From Spirochaetales bacterium (GTDB lineage: Bacteria; Spirochaetota; Spirochaetia; JABEVK01), in the NCBI GenBank assembly GCA_037142615.1, contig JBAXAI010000004.1, positions 104,654 through 168,653 on the forward strand: DNA of 64,000 nt, in the 5' to 3' direction. A program made the translations under genes and the position numbers. Under the pieces are notes generated by a model that saw only the letters and a program-made list of their open reading frames with translations, made no database searches and was not told where the DNA came from. Every line of letters begins with the position of its first letter. Position 1 is the stretch's first letter. This document shows positions 1 to 10,107 of this stretch, piece after piece.

Positions 1-372
1 GCCGGTGACCTGGTGCTTGCGGAGGTAGCCCGTTGCATCGCCTCCTGCGTACGCACCGAAGACGTGCCGGCGCGTTTTGGCGGTGAGGAGTTTGTAGTCC
101 TGTTGGTGCAATGTAAATCTGACTTCGGCCTGGTTACCGGTGAACGAATCCGGCGCGCCGTCGAAAGCCTGAGGGTAACGTTTGAGGGCAAGGAACTGTC
201 GGTTTCGATCAGTGCCGGGGTCGCCGAATGCCTTACCGTCGACGACCACCTGGGACCGGAAGGCCTGCTCAAGCGCGCAGACAAGGCCCTCTACGCCTCG
301 AAGAACCGGGGACGGAACCAAACCACGCTGTGGAACCCGTCCTTGGACTCAGCCGAAACCGAAGTCGTTTGA
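1..372 (+). CDS. Diguanylate cyclase (GGDEF domain), 5'-truncated by window edge
   Basis: RTED I-site followed by ARFGGEEF, SISAGVA, and LLKRADKALYASKNRGRN motifs. Confidence 0.9.
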   Translation, partial: AGDLVLAEVARCIASCVRTEDVPARFGGEEFVVLLVQCKSDFGLVTGERIRRAVESLRVTFEGKELSVSISAGVAECLTVDDHLGPEGLLKRADKALYASKNRGRNQTTLWNPSLDSAETEVV

Positions 373-393
373 ATACGACTCCGGTTTCGGAAC

Positions 394-1887
394 TCAGACC
401 GGTGTGTTCTCTTCTTCTTCGTCATCCTCTTCGTCGTCATCGATGTCAACGGGAATCTCGTAACGCTTGATCTTGTTTTTCAAGCCTTGGCGGCTGATCA
501 TGAGGTTGCGTGACGTCTGGCTGATATTGTTGTCGTTGTGTTTGAGAGAGGCAATGATGATGTCTTTTTCAATGGCATCCACAAACTCGCGCATGTTAAC
601 CGGCTCATGGCCCACGGGAAGCTGGATCGTCTTGACGGTGGCTTCCTGACCCTGATCCTTCGCGTAAATCTGAGCGTTCTCTTTCAACAGTCGGTCGATG
701 TCGTCAGTTGCCACGGAAGCCTTGCCGCTGGTGCGCAGGGCCAAGTTGAGTTTTTCGAGGATACCCTGCAACTCCCTGGTGTTTCCAGGGAACGAGTACT
801 TCACCAGAAGTTCCTTCTGTTTGGCTTCGAGCACCGGTAAAGTCTGCTTGGACTTGCGGGCCAGGGCCTCGAGAAGCGCCAGAATGTCGTCACGGCGCTC
901 ACGTAGCGGCAGGGTCCTGATCTGAAGCGTTGCGATCTTGTGATACAAATCCTTGCGGAAGTACCCGTCCTCAGTCTCTTTGATCAGGTTGGTTGTGCTG
1001 CTGCACAGGACACGCACGTCGGCGGACCGTTCTTCGGTAGCTCCCACAGGGTAGTAATTCCCGTAGGTGAGAAACTTCAGGAGCTTGGCCTGCACCGTCT
1101 TGGGGAGCAGTTGGATGTCTTCAATAAAGAGTGTTCCGCCCTCTGCCCGGGCCAAAAAGCCGTCTCGGGCAGGTTTCGACCCGGCCTTGGCAACACCGAA
1201 GAGCTCAGCTTCCAGCATTTCTTCGGGAATACTGGTCGTCGAAAGGTTCAGGTAAGGCTCGGTCTTGCGCGATGAGACTTCGTGGATAATCCGGGCCATC
1301 ATCTTTTTGCCGGTACCGGCTTCGCCGGCAATGTGCACCGGGTGGTCTGAAAGCGAGAAGGACTTGATCTGCTCCTTGGCCTTGAGCACCGTGGGATGGG
1401 TTCCAACCAAGCCGCCTAACGGGCTCTCTGCATTGAAGCGCAGTACATTGTTCTCGGCCGTAAGTTTGCGGGCGCTGTCTTCCAGTTCTTTCTCTTCGGC
1501 GCGTTTGGTCCGGGCGTACTGCAGGGTGTGCAACGCTTCACGAACCTTGGCGAGCAGGACCGGTGCTTCCACGGGCTTTAAGAAGTAGTACGAGATATTC
1601 GAAGCATTGACGGCGTCGATGAGGTAGTTGGCGTCACCGAAGGCCGAGAAGATAATGGTTGAAAAGTCAGTCGTCTTCTTCCGGATTTCCTGGATGAGCG
1701 CGATTCCTGTCATCGAAGGCATTCGCATGTCCGAGAGAACCAGGTCAAAGGGGTTTTTCTCGCAGTAGGCGAGTGCCTTCTTGGGATCCTTGAACACGAA
1801 GGTCTCGTAGTCTTGCAGGACCTTCTGACAGAAGGTCAGGGTCACTTCATCGTCATCGACGATAACAATCTTCATTAGGCTTGGCAT
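394..1887 (-). CDS. NtrC-family response regulator (REC-AAA+-HTH) with degenerate sigma54-activation motifs and acidic tail
   Basis: REC IVDDD...LSDMRMP; Walker A GEAGTGK; FPGNTREL; Fis-type HTH NISQTSRNLMISRQGL. Start at ATG 1887 (or 1875); the longer ORF N-terminus overlaps rlpA and is spurious. Confidence 0.88.
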   Translation of the reverse strand: MPSLMKIVIVDDDEVTLTFCQKVLQDYETFVFKDPKKALAYCEKNPFDLVLSDMRMPSMTGIALIQEIRKKTTDFSTIIFSAFGDANYLIDAVNASNISYYFLKPVEAPVLLAKVREALHTLQYARTKRAEEKELEDSARKLTAENNVLRFNAESPLGGLVGTHPTVLKAKEQIKSFSLSDHPVHIAGEAGTGKKMMARIIHEVSSRKTEPYLNLSTTSIPEEMLEAELFGVAKAGSKPARDGFLARAEGGTLFIEDIQLLPKTVQAKLLKFLTYGNYYPVGATEERSADVRVLCSSTTNLIKETEDGYFRKDLYHKIATLQIRTLPLRERRDDILALLEALARKSKQTLPVLEAKQKELLVKYSFPGNTRELQGILEKLNLALRTSGKASVATDDIDRLLKENAQIYAKDQGQEATVKTIQLPVGHEPVNMREFVDAIEKDIIIASLKHNDNNISQTSRNLMISRQGLKNKIKRYEIPVDIDDDEEDDEEEENTPV

Positions 1888-1895
1888 GATGAAGA

Positions 1896-1924
1896 ATGAT
1901 ACCACAACGTAGTCAGTGTGGCAA
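1896..1924 (-). promoter_or_regulatory. Putative sigma70 promoter TTGCCA-17-TATCAT for NtrC-like gene
   Basis: Consensus-like hexamers with 17-bp spacer, 8 nt before ATG. Confidence 0.55.
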
Positions 1925-1945
1925 CACTTGCTGACTAATTCGTGG

Positions 1946-2593
1946 TCAGGGCGCCGATGGAAGCGTGATGTCGGTTCCTGCCGGTTCGCGGGCACCCTGC
2001 AAGAAGCCCTTTTGACCGGCCCGCACCAAGGCCTCCAACAGCTCCTCGGACTGAGTACCTTCCTCGGCGCTGAGAAACACCCGGAACAAAGTGCCTTCCT
2101 GACGCACACGTGGCACAAAGCCGAGGTCGCGCAGCTTGCGGGCTTGGCTAAAGGCGTTGGCCTGGGTGCGGAAGGCTCCCATCTGGAAGTACACCTGCGG
2201 CGGCGGTGGCAATTCCCCGCTTTCACCGACCTTGAGCGGATGAATAGACACATTCGCGGTCCCTGCCAGGAGCATGTCCAGTTCGTCGGCGGCGGCCTTC
2301 GACAGGTCGATGATGCGCCCCTTCACGAAGGGCCCGCGGTCGTTGACGGTCACGACGACCGTCCGGCCATTGTCGAGGTTTGTCACGAGAAGTCGAACTC
2401 CGAACCGCAACGAGCGATGGGCCGCCGTGAGCTGGACGGGGTCATAAAGTTCGCCAGATGCCGTCTTTCGTCCCACAAAGTCGTCGCCGTAGTAGCTCGC
2501 TTCGCCACGCTCTTCTTGCGCCATCAGGGGAGGGAGGCAGAGGAGGGTAGCTACAAGACACAAACCCGCGCGCAGGGAAGTCAATTGCATCAT
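1946..2593 (-). CDS. rlpA: Septal ring lytic transglycosylase RlpA family (DPBB + SPOR)
   Basis: Signal peptide; GEASYYG...TASGELYD..LTAAHRSL..VNDRGPFVKGRIIDLS; C-terminal SPOR-like QMGAF. Confidence 0.9.
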   Translation of the reverse strand: MMQLTSLRAGLCLVATLLCLPPLMAQEERGEASYYGDDFVGRKTASGELYDPVQLTAAHRSLRFGVRLLVTNLDNGRTVVVTVNDRGPFVKGRIIDLSKAAADELDMLLAGTANVSIHPLKVGESGELPPPPQVYFQMGAFRTQANAFSQARKLRDLGFVPRVRQEGTLFRVFLSAEEGTQSEELLEALVRAGQKGFLQGAREPAGTDITLPSAP

Positions 2594-2683
2594 GTTGCTA
2601 TTGTGCGCCAGATCGACAGGCCTTGCCAGCCCTGCTTGCCAAAAGCAAGGGTGATCTTTATTGTGACCCGCGGGAGCACCACC

Positions 2684-5326
2684 ATGAAAAAGTCGGATTT
2701 CCTCAAGACCCTGCGCCTCGGAACGCAGGAATACAGTTTCTACGACATCACGGTTTTGGGACGGGCCAAGGTACTCCGAATGCCTTTTTCCCTGCGCATT
2801 CTGCTCGAGAACGCCTTGCGGAAGTCGGGGTTGTCGGTTGATATGGGCCTGGTCGAGGCGCTGCTGGCCGCAGGCAGAGCGACCTCCGGTGCCGAGATAC
2901 CGTTTTACCCCGCGCGGGTGCTGATGCAGGACTTCACTGGCGTTCCCGCTGTCGTCGACTTGGCCGCCATGCGCGACGCTGTCGCCGCTGCAGGCCAGGA
3001 CCCGCAAAAAATCAACCCGCTGGTACCGGTTGACCTTGTGATCGACCACTCGGTGCAGGTCGATGTTGCAGGATTGCCAACCGCGCTGGCCAAGAACGTC
3101 GAAAAAGAGTACGAGCGCAACCAGGAGCGTTACACCTTTCTCAAGTGGGCCCAGAAGGCTTTCCGTAACTTCCGTGTGGTTCCGCCCAACAGCGGCATCT
3201 GCCACCAGGTCAACCTGGAGTTCTTGGCCTCGGTGGTGACCGAAAGCCCCGACGAGGTGGGACTTTTGCACCCCGACACCGTGGTGGGCACCGACAGTCA
3301 CACCACCATGATCAACGGTTTGGGAGTCTTGGGCTGGGGTGTTGGCGGCATCGAGGCCGAAGCCGTTATGCTGGGGCAACCTTACTTCATGACGATCCCC
3401 GACGTGATCGGCCTCAAGCTTCACGGTAGGCTGAACCCGGGCACCACCGCCACCGACCTCGTCCTCACCGTCACCGAGCGCCTGCGCAAGTTCGGCGTGG
3501 TCGACAAGTTCGTCGAGTTTTTTGGCCCCGGCCTCAAGAACCTCTCGTTGCCTGACCGTGCGACCATCGCGAACATGAGCCCCGAGTACGGCGCGACCAT
3601 GGGGTACTTTCCGGTCGACGAGGTGACCATCGACTTTCTTCGTTTTACCGGCCGCGACAAAGAAGCCGACCTCGCCGAGGCCTACACTCGGGCCAATGAG
3701 CTTTTCATGACCGGTGAAGCGGTCCCGGACTACCGGGTGGTGCTCGAGATCGATCTCGACGAGATCGTTCCTTCGCTGGCCGGACCCAGCAGACCACAGG
3801 ACCGTGTCAAACTGGGCGAAACGGGCCTCGCGCTCGCCAAAGTCTTGGCCCCCGAAGCCAAGGACCGGGAGCCAGTCCTGATCGAACTAGCCGGCAAGAC
3901 CCTTGAATTGAAGGACGGCGCGGTGGCCATCGCGTCGATCACCAGCTGCACCAACACCGCCAACCCGGCGCTGATGCTCGGCAGTGCCCTGCTGGCACAC
4001 AAAGCGGTACAATTCGGACTCACGGTGCCCGCATGGGTCAAAACCTCGCTGGCCCCCGGGTCCCGTGCCGTGCAGGACTATCTCGAGGCCTCGGGCCTGC
4101 TGACTTCGCTCGAAGCCCTTGGGTTCCACATCGCGGCCTTTGGTTGCGTCACCTGCATCGGCAATTCCGGGCCCTTGCACCCTGCCATCGAGAAGGCACA
4201 GACCGACCACAACCTCACTTTGGCTTCGGTGATCTCTGGCAACCGTAACTTTGAGGGGCGCATCCATCCCAACGTGAAAGCCTCGTTCTTGGCCTCGCCA
4301 CTGCTGGTAGTGGCCTTCGCGCTCGCCGGACGGGTCGATATCGACCTCACGACCCAGCCGATTGGCACAGCCAAGGACGGCCACGAAGTCTTCCTCAAGG
4401 ACCTTTGGCCGACCGACAGTGAAGTTCAGGCGTTGGTTAGGCAGTTTGTTACCAGGGAAGCGTTTGTCCGTCGCTACAAAACCATCTTTGACGGCGATAC
4501 CTCGTGGAAGAACCTCAGCGTACCCACGTCGGCTACCTATCAGTGGGACCCCGCTTCGACCTACATTGCCTGCCCGCCGTACTTCCAGAGCTTTCAGTCC
4601 GAGGCGACCAAGCCCACCGACCTGAAGAGTGCGCGTTGTCTGCTCGTGCTGGGCGACAGCATCACCACTGACCACATTTCGCCGGCCGGGAACATCCGCG
4701 CCGGGTACCCGGCCGGCCAGTACCTTTTGGCCCACGGCGTGACGCAGCCCGACTTCAACAGCTACGGCGCGCGGCGTGGGCACCACGAGGTCATGATGCG
4801 CGGCACCTTTGCCAACATCCGGCTCAAGAACAAGCTGGTGGAGCCCAAGGAAGGATCGCTCACCCTGAAGTTTCCCGAGGAAACCGAGCAGTACGTGTAC
4901 GACGCGTCAATGGCCTATCAAGCCGAGGGTCGGGCCTTGGTGGTGTTGGGAGGCAAGGAATACGGCACCGGTTCGAGCCGCGACTGGGCTGCAAAGGGTA
5001 CCTCACTCTTAGGCGTCCGCGTGGTGATCGCCCAAAGCTTCGAGCGCATCCACCGGTCGAACCTTGTCGGTATGGGCGTCTTGCCGCTGGTGTTCCTGGA
5101 GGGCCAAAACGCGCAGAATCTCGGCCTCACCGGGCGCGAGACCTTTTCGATTTCGGGCATTGGCCAACTCTCGCCTGGGAGTACCGTGACGATCGAGGCC
5201 ACCGATGAAAAGGGCTTGGTGCGCAGTTTTCACACCAAATGCAGGCTCGACACCGAGATCGACGTCGAGTACTACCAGCACGCGGGGATTCTGCCCTTCG
5301 TGCTGCGCAAGATTATGGACGCTTGA
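2684..5326 (+). CDS. acnA: Aconitate hydratase A
   Basis: RVLMQDFTGVPAVVDLAAMR, DLVIDHSVQVD, ITSCTNT, GCVTCIGNSG, YGTGSSRDWAAKG; true start ATG 2684. Confidence 0.97.
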   Translation: MKKSDFLKTLRLGTQEYSFYDITVLGRAKVLRMPFSLRILLENALRKSGLSVDMGLVEALLAAGRATSGAEIPFYPARVLMQDFTGVPAVVDLAAMRDAVAAAGQDPQKINPLVPVDLVIDHSVQVDVAGLPTALAKNVEKEYERNQERYTFLKWAQKAFRNFRVVPPNSGICHQVNLEFLASVVTESPDEVGLLHPDTVVGTDSHTTMINGLGVLGWGVGGIEAEAVMLGQPYFMTIPDVIGLKLHGRLNPGTTATDLVLTVTERLRKFGVVDKFVEFFGPGLKNLSLPDRATIANMSPEYGATMGYFPVDEVTIDFLRFTGRDKEADLAEAYTRANELFMTGEAVPDYRVVLEIDLDEIVPSLAGPSRPQDRVKLGETGLALAKVLAPEAKDREPVLIELAGKTLELKDGAVAIASITSCTNTANPALMLGSALLAHKAVQFGLTVPAWVKTSLAPGSRAVQDYLEASGLLTSLEALGFHIAAFGCVTCIGNSGPLHPAIEKAQTDHNLTLASVISGNRNFEGRIHPNVKASFLASPLLVVAFALAGRVDIDLTTQPIGTAKDGHEVFLKDLWPTDSEVQALVRQFVTREAFVRRYKTIFDGDTSWKNLSVPTSATYQWDPASTYIACPPYFQSFQSEATKPTDLKSARCLLVLGDSITTDHISPAGNIRAGYPAGQYLLAHGVTQPDFNSYGARRGHHEVMMRGTFANIRLKNKLVEPKEGSLTLKFPEETEQYVYDASMAYQAEGRALVVLGGKEYGTGSSRDWAAKGTSLLGVRVVIAQSFERIHRSNLVGMGVLPLVFLEGQNAQNLGLTGRETFSISGIGQLSPGSTVTIEATDEKGLVRSFHTKCRLDTEIDVEYYQHAGILPFVLRKIMDA

Positions 5327-5768
5327 GCCCGTCTTCCAGCACGCGGCAAAAGGTTTCGAGCCCCGCCTGGTCGTGCTCCGAGAAGCGGGCGAGACGGGGG
5401 CTGTCGAGGTCGAGCACGCCCCACACGACACCGCTGTCAAACAGCGGTATCACGAGTTCCGACAGGCTGGCCGAATCGCAGGCGATGTGCCCCGGGAAGG
5501 TGTGCACGTCATCGACCCGCACACTTTCGCCGCGCCGCCACGACGAACCGCAAACCCCCTTGCCGTAGGGCAGTCGGATGCAGGCCGGCAACCCTTGGAA
5601 GGGACCGAGCACCAGCTGGTCGCCCTTCACCAGGTAGAACCCCACCCAGTTGAGCCCCTCGACCTCGGAGTTCAGCAGCGCCGCCGCGTTGGCGAGGTTG
5701 GCGATCAGGTCAGGCTCCCCCTCAATCAGCGAGGCAAGTTGGGCGGTCAGAAGCGCATAGTCGGTCAC
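5313..5768 (-). CDS. msrC: GAF-domain free methionine-R-sulfoxide reductase
   Basis: [39 protein letters not shown]. Confidence 0.88.
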   Translation of the reverse strand: MTDYALLTAQLASLIEGEPDLIANLANAAALLNSEVEGLNWVGFYLVKGDQLVLGPFQGLPACIRLPYGKGVCGSSWRRGESVRVDDVHTFPGHIACDSASLSELVIPLFDSGVVWGVLDLDSPRLARFSEHDQAGLETFCRVLEDGLKRP

Positions 5769-7417
5769 TGCAGTGACTTCCTCTTGGCCTCAAGCGAACT
5801 CTGGATGGTCTCGAGATTTTCGCTGAGTGTGTTGACATGTTGCAGGTTGCTGTTGCCGATGGCCTGCAGCTGGCCGACGCTCTCGGCGATCACCGCTGCG
5901 ACCTCGCGCAGGGTCTGGACGCCTTCCCTCAGGACGCCGGTGCTTTTTTCAATCTGACCCACGTTTGAGCGGTTTCCCTGCACGGCCTCATGCACACGGA
6001 TGGCCGACTCGCGCACTTCCTGCGTGCCGTCGCGCATTACGACCACGGTCTGCAGGATGTGGCTGTTCCCAATGGCAAGTTCTTCCATCCCTTCCAACTG
6101 CTCACTGAGCAGAGTCTGAATGTCGCGGAAGGCCTGTACCATGCTCTGGATCAGCTGCACCGAGCTCTGCGACGCCGAGGCGGCCACCTCGACGTGCTCG
6201 CGGTTCTTGTCGAGCGTCTGGCGGATGGCCTTGCTGTTGTTCCCGGTTTCTTCGGCCAACTTCCGGATTTCAGCCGCGACCACGGCGAACCCACGACCCG
6301 AATTGCCCGCGTGGGCCGCTTCGATGGACGCGTTCATGGCCAAAAGGTTGGTCCTGCTCGCAATGTCCTCGATGACCGCCACCACCTGCAGTACGTCGCC
6401 AGCCGTCTTTTGCATGTTGCTGAAGGAACTGCTCAGCTGCTTCATGCGAAGCTCGCCCTGCTCGGCCTGAGTCCCGAGCGCCCGAAGCGACTCGGTCTTG
6501 CTCCGGGCCATGGCCGTGATGGACTGCACGTTGGCGGTGATTTGCTCGAGCGCGGCGCTGGTCAGCTGGATGGCGCTGATCTGGGCCTCCATGCGCGACT
6601 GCAACAGAATCTGGATCTGGTCGAGATCCTCCGAGGTCGCCGCCGAGGCACGGGCCTGGTCCTGCAGCGTGTCAGCCTGCCGGTTGAGTACATGCAGTTC
6701 GGTGTCGATGCTCTCGACGGTCTGCGATAGGTTCGTGGCGGCCACGTCCATCTCGTGGCTGATCTTCTTGCCGTCCTGCGTGCGCTCGAAGGCACTCGAA
6801 ATCTCGCGGAAGCCTTCGTCACTGATGTCTTGCGAGCGCTTCGACGTGTCGAGCATCTTCGTCTGCTGGATGAGGTTGAGCACCGACAACATAGCCGTGA
6901 GCAGAAACAGGATAGTGATCGACACTGGGTCGCCATTCTTGTTGAGTTCGGTCAGGGTCTTGGCCAACTGCGTCGCGTCGGGAGGCATCACTTGGAGCAG
7001 CCCGATGGTCGCAATGCCGCCGAGGCCCATCACGATGGACTGCCACCGTGAGTAGCCGAAGAAGGTCGTCATCGTGAGCGTCAACGAGAACAACGCCATG
7101 GTTCGCACCACGTCGTCCTCGGCCGAGCCCGAGCGTGTGATCAGAACTCCTGCTCCAGCCGCCAGAATGAGAACGCCCAGCGCCATGTTTGCTGCGGCTT
7201 GGTAGCGTCCAGTGCGCAAGAGCAGGAGCGCCGAGATCAGGAAGGCCGACACGACCGCCGCCATGAGAGGGACCTTCCAGGAGTTCTGCAGGAAGGTGGA
7301 TACCCCCAGCGCAAGCATGCCCAGCACGAACGCGACGAGCACCCAGAAGAGGTTGGCTGCCCGCGTCCGGCGTATCAGGTCTTGCGTGAGGTAGGGCTTC
7401 AGGAACGAATTGGCCAT
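5765..7417 (-). CDS. Methyl-accepting chemotaxis protein with multi-TM N-terminus
   Basis: About 6 hydrophobic segments; MCP signature [38 protein letters not shown]. Confidence 0.93.
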   Translation of the reverse strand: MANSFLKPYLTQDLIRRTRAANLFWVLVAFVLGMLALGVSTFLQNSWKVPLMAAVVSAFLISALLLLRTGRYQAAANMALGVLILAAGAGVLITRSGSAEDDVVRTMALFSLTLTMTTFFGYSRWQSIVMGLGGIATIGLLQVMPPDATQLAKTLTELNKNGDPVSITILFLLTAMLSVLNLIQQTKMLDTSKRSQDISDEGFREISSAFERTQDGKKISHEMDVAATNLSQTVESIDTELHVLNRQADTLQDQARASAATSEDLDQIQILLQSRMEAQISAIQLTSAALEQITANVQSITAMARSKTESLRALGTQAEQGELRMKQLSSSFSNMQKTAGDVLQVVAVIEDIASRTNLLAMNASIEAAHAGNSGRGFAVVAAEIRKLAEETGNNSKAIRQTLDKNREHVEVAASASQSSVQLIQSMVQAFRDIQTLLSEQLEGMEELAIGNSHILQTVVVMRDGTQEVRESAIRVHEAVQGNRSNVGQIEKSTGVLREGVQTLREVAAVIAESVGQLQAIGNSNLQHVNTLSENLETIQSSLEAKRKSLQ

Positions 7418-7459
7418 GTTCTGCCTCCGGAACGTCTATACTACGGCATCCCAGCGCCC

Positions 7460-7488
7460 TTGACCACCAAGTCCGTGCGGAATATCAT
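7460..7488 (+). promoter_or_regulatory. Sigma70 promoter TTGACC-17-TATCAT of thrS leader
   Basis: Hexamers at 7460-7465 and 7483-7488 directly before T-box stem I. Confidence 0.7.
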
Positions 7489-7495
7489 GAACCAC

Positions 7496-7764
7496 TGCTT
7501 TGACGGAGACGAGTACGCGTCCACGGTTCCCGAGAGAGACCCCCCCCGGCTGAAAGGGGGTTGTTCACGGGGCGCCCAAAACCCCTCCCGAGCCGAACCC
7601 CCAACGGAAGCTTGCTTCCCAGTAGACGGTTCCGACAGTCCCTCGACAGCGGACGAAGAGCGCACCCGGCGTCGCGCCGGCGTGAACCGAGGTGGTACCG
7701 CGACCTACTTTGTGGGTCGTCCTTGGAAGTTCTGGGCTGTTGCAGCCCGCCCAAGGAGGCCGTT
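7496..7764 (+). promoter_or_regulatory. T-box riboswitch (Thr specifier ACC), apparently translational
   Basis: Stem I with AGTA, AGAGA and GCTGA motifs; ACC at 7581-7583; stem II with CAGTAG; stem III; T-box AACCGAGGTGGTACCGCG at 7685-7702; alternative helix pairs over the SD. Confidence 0.9.
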
Positions 7765-9537
7765 ATGGCCGTTACCTCCGTCGCCCAAGCCCGCCTGAAC
7801 GAAGACGAACTGTTGTACAAAAAACGCCACTCGCTCGCCCACGTGATGGCCGAGGCCGTGCTCGAGCTTATCCCCGAAGCCCAGATTGCCATCGGCCCCC
7901 CCGTCGACAACGGGTTCTACTACGACTTCGAACTGCCCCGCAGCCTCAAAGAGGAAGACCTCGCCGGCATCGAGGCGAAAATGCGGGAAATTCTCGCCAG
8001 CAAGGCCAGTTTTGACAAACAGATCGTGAGCAAGACGGCGGCCGGCGACGTTTTTTCCGGCCAGAAGTACAAGCTTGCCATCCTGAACGATCTGCCCGAC
8101 AACGAGGAGATCAGCCTGTATCGCAGCCACGGGTTCATCGACCTGTGTCGCGGGCCCCATGTCGATACCATGTCCCAACTCGATCCCAGCAGTTTTCAGC
8201 TTACCCGCATCGCCGGAGCCTATTGGAAGGGCGACGAGCGCAACGCCCAGTTACAGCGCGTGTACGCCTTGGCCTTCCACGATCACGCCGGCCTCGAAGC
8301 GCATTTGGCCTTCTTGGCCGAAGCCGAAAAACGCGATCACCGGCGCCTGGGCACCGAGCTCGACCTGTTCCACCTCGACTCCGAAAACCCCGGACAGATT
8401 TTTTGGCACCCCAACGGCTGGAGCATTTGGCGGGTGATCGAAGACTACGTGCGCGGTAAGGTTCGCACCGCCGGCTACAAAGAGGTGAAGACCCCTTTCA
8501 TCATGCCGCAGAGCCTCTGGGAACGCTCGGGCCATTGGGCCAAGTACCGCGACGCGATGTTCGTCACCGAAAGTGAAAAACGACAGTTCGCGCTCAAACC
8601 CATGAACTGCCCCGGCCACGTCGAGATCTTCCGTCAAGGCCTGCGCAGCTACCGCGAATTGCCCCTTCGACTGGCCGAGTTTGGCAGTTGCACCCGTAAC
8701 GAGGCTACCGGCGCGCTCCACGGCATCATGCGCATCCGCGGCTTCGTGCAGGACGACGCGCACATCTTCTGCACCGAAGACCAGATTGAAGCCGAAGTGA
8801 AAGACTTCTGCGACCTGCTCAGCGAGGTCTACAAAGACTTCGGTTTTGCCAAAGAGACCATCGAAGTCAAACTCTCGCTGCGCCCCGAGATGCGCCTGGG
8901 TGACGATGCGACCTGGGACCGCGCCGAGGCTGCCCTGGGCAACGCCTGCCGTGCCGCCGACTTTGAGTTTGTCGAAATGCCGGGGGAGGGCGCGTTCTAC
9001 GGGCCGAAGCTCGAGTTCACCCTCATTGATGCGCTCGGCCGCGGTTGGCAGTGCGGCACCATTCAGCTTGACTACCAACTGCCTTCGGCTGACCGCCTCA
9101 ACGCCACCTACATTGGCGAAGACGGCTCCAAGCACCACCCGGTGATGCTCCACCGCGCCATCCTTGGTTCGTTGGAGCGCTTCATCGGCATCCTCATCGA
9201 GAACTACGCCGGCGCCTTCCCCGTTTGGCTGAGCCCCGTGCAGGCCTGCGTGATCCCTGTCAGCGGCAAGTTCGCCGCGTACGCCGAAAAGGTGCGCGAC
9301 ACGCTGAATGCTGCCGGGTTCCGGGCCGAGGCCGACGTCAGCGACCAGAAGATGGGCGCCCGCATCCGCGATGCGCAGATGCGCAAGGTTCCGTACATGC
9401 TGGTGGTGGGGGGCAACGAAGAAACCGATGGCACCGTCAGCGTGCGCGACCGCACCGGAGTCCAGCACCCGGTGATGAAGTTGCCCGAGTTCGGCGACTG
9501 GCTGGGCGACCGCGTGACGCAGAAAGTGATGGTTTGA
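7765..9537 (+). CDS. thrS: Threonine--tRNA ligase (short form without N-terminal TGS domain)
   Basis: [66 protein letters not shown]; SD AGGAGG. Confidence 0.97.
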   Translation: MAVTSVAQARLNEDELLYKKRHSLAHVMAEAVLELIPEAQIAIGPPVDNGFYYDFELPRSLKEEDLAGIEAKMREILASKASFDKQIVSKTAAGDVFSGQKYKLAILNDLPDNEEISLYRSHGFIDLCRGPHVDTMSQLDPSSFQLTRIAGAYWKGDERNAQLQRVYALAFHDHAGLEAHLAFLAEAEKRDHRRLGTELDLFHLDSENPGQIFWHPNGWSIWRVIEDYVRGKVRTAGYKEVKTPFIMPQSLWERSGHWAKYRDAMFVTESEKRQFALKPMNCPGHVEIFRQGLRSYRELPLRLAEFGSCTRNEATGALHGIMRIRGFVQDDAHIFCTEDQIEAEVKDFCDLLSEVYKDFGFAKETIEVKLSLRPEMRLGDDATWDRAEAALGNACRAADFEFVEMPGEGAFYGPKLEFTLIDALGRGWQCGTIQLDYQLPSADRLNATYIGEDGSKHHPVMLHRAILGSLERFIGILIENYAGAFPVWLSPVQACVIPVSGKFAAYAEKVRDTLNAAGFRAEADVSDQKMGARIRDAQMRKVPYMLVVGGNEETDGTVSVRDRTGVQHPVMKLPEFGDWLGDRVTQKVMV

Positions 9538-9608
9538 CGCCAGGAACGCTTGACCTCGCGCCCTGCCATGCACACATTCCTGCTGAACCATTCCACCAAG
9601 GAGACCTC

Positions 9609-10037
9609 ATGTCGAATCCCGTTGCGGGCCCCAAGCCCCGAAAAAACCTTCTGCCTCTTCACGGCTTTCTCTCGATCGCCCTGCTGACCGTCCAGTTCCT
9701 TCTTGGCGTCGGCACCACGTTGTTCTTCGAGTTTCCCGAAGCCGGAAGCCGTTGGGCCGCTGCTTCGGGCGGTTGGGCCGGTGCCCACGTGATCGCCGGA
9801 ACTCTGCTCCTGCTGCTCGCCATCTGGGTGGTTGTTCTGGCGTTTCGGAGCAAGGCGGGTGTGTGGAAAGTGGCTTCGATCGTCGGTCTGGTTGGTATCG
9901 TCGCCGCCTGGTTGTTTGGCTACAGCTTTGTCGAAAAAGACAACGACGTGGTGAGCTACCTGATGACCTGCAGCATGGGCTTGGCCTACCTGGCTTACGG
10001 CTACGGCCTGTGGAAAGGCGAGAACAGTCCGAGCTAG
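9609..10037 (+). CDS. Small 4-TM membrane protein of unknown function
   Basis: SD AAGGAG then ATG 9609; four hydrophobic segments. Confidence 0.7.
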   Translation: MSNPVAGPKPRKNLLPLHGFLSIALLTVQFLLGVGTTLFFEFPEAGSRWAAASGGWAGAHVIAGTLLLLLAIWVVVLAFRSKAGVWKVASIVGLVGIVAAWLFGYSFVEKDNDVVSYLMTCSMGLAYLAYGYGLWKGENSPS

Positions 10038-10107
10038 GTGAAGATCTCATGAACGCCCGGTATTCCTGCCCGCGTTGAACTAGACTGATCTCCTAGGAGG
10101 CCAGACG

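Noticed and set aside
1888-3424. Long N-terminal extensions of the acnA (1916), NtrC-like (2253) and rlpA (3424) ORFs suggesting overlapping genes
   Set aside because: Artefacts of first-start ORF calling in GC-rich DNA; homology starts at 2684, 1887 and 2593
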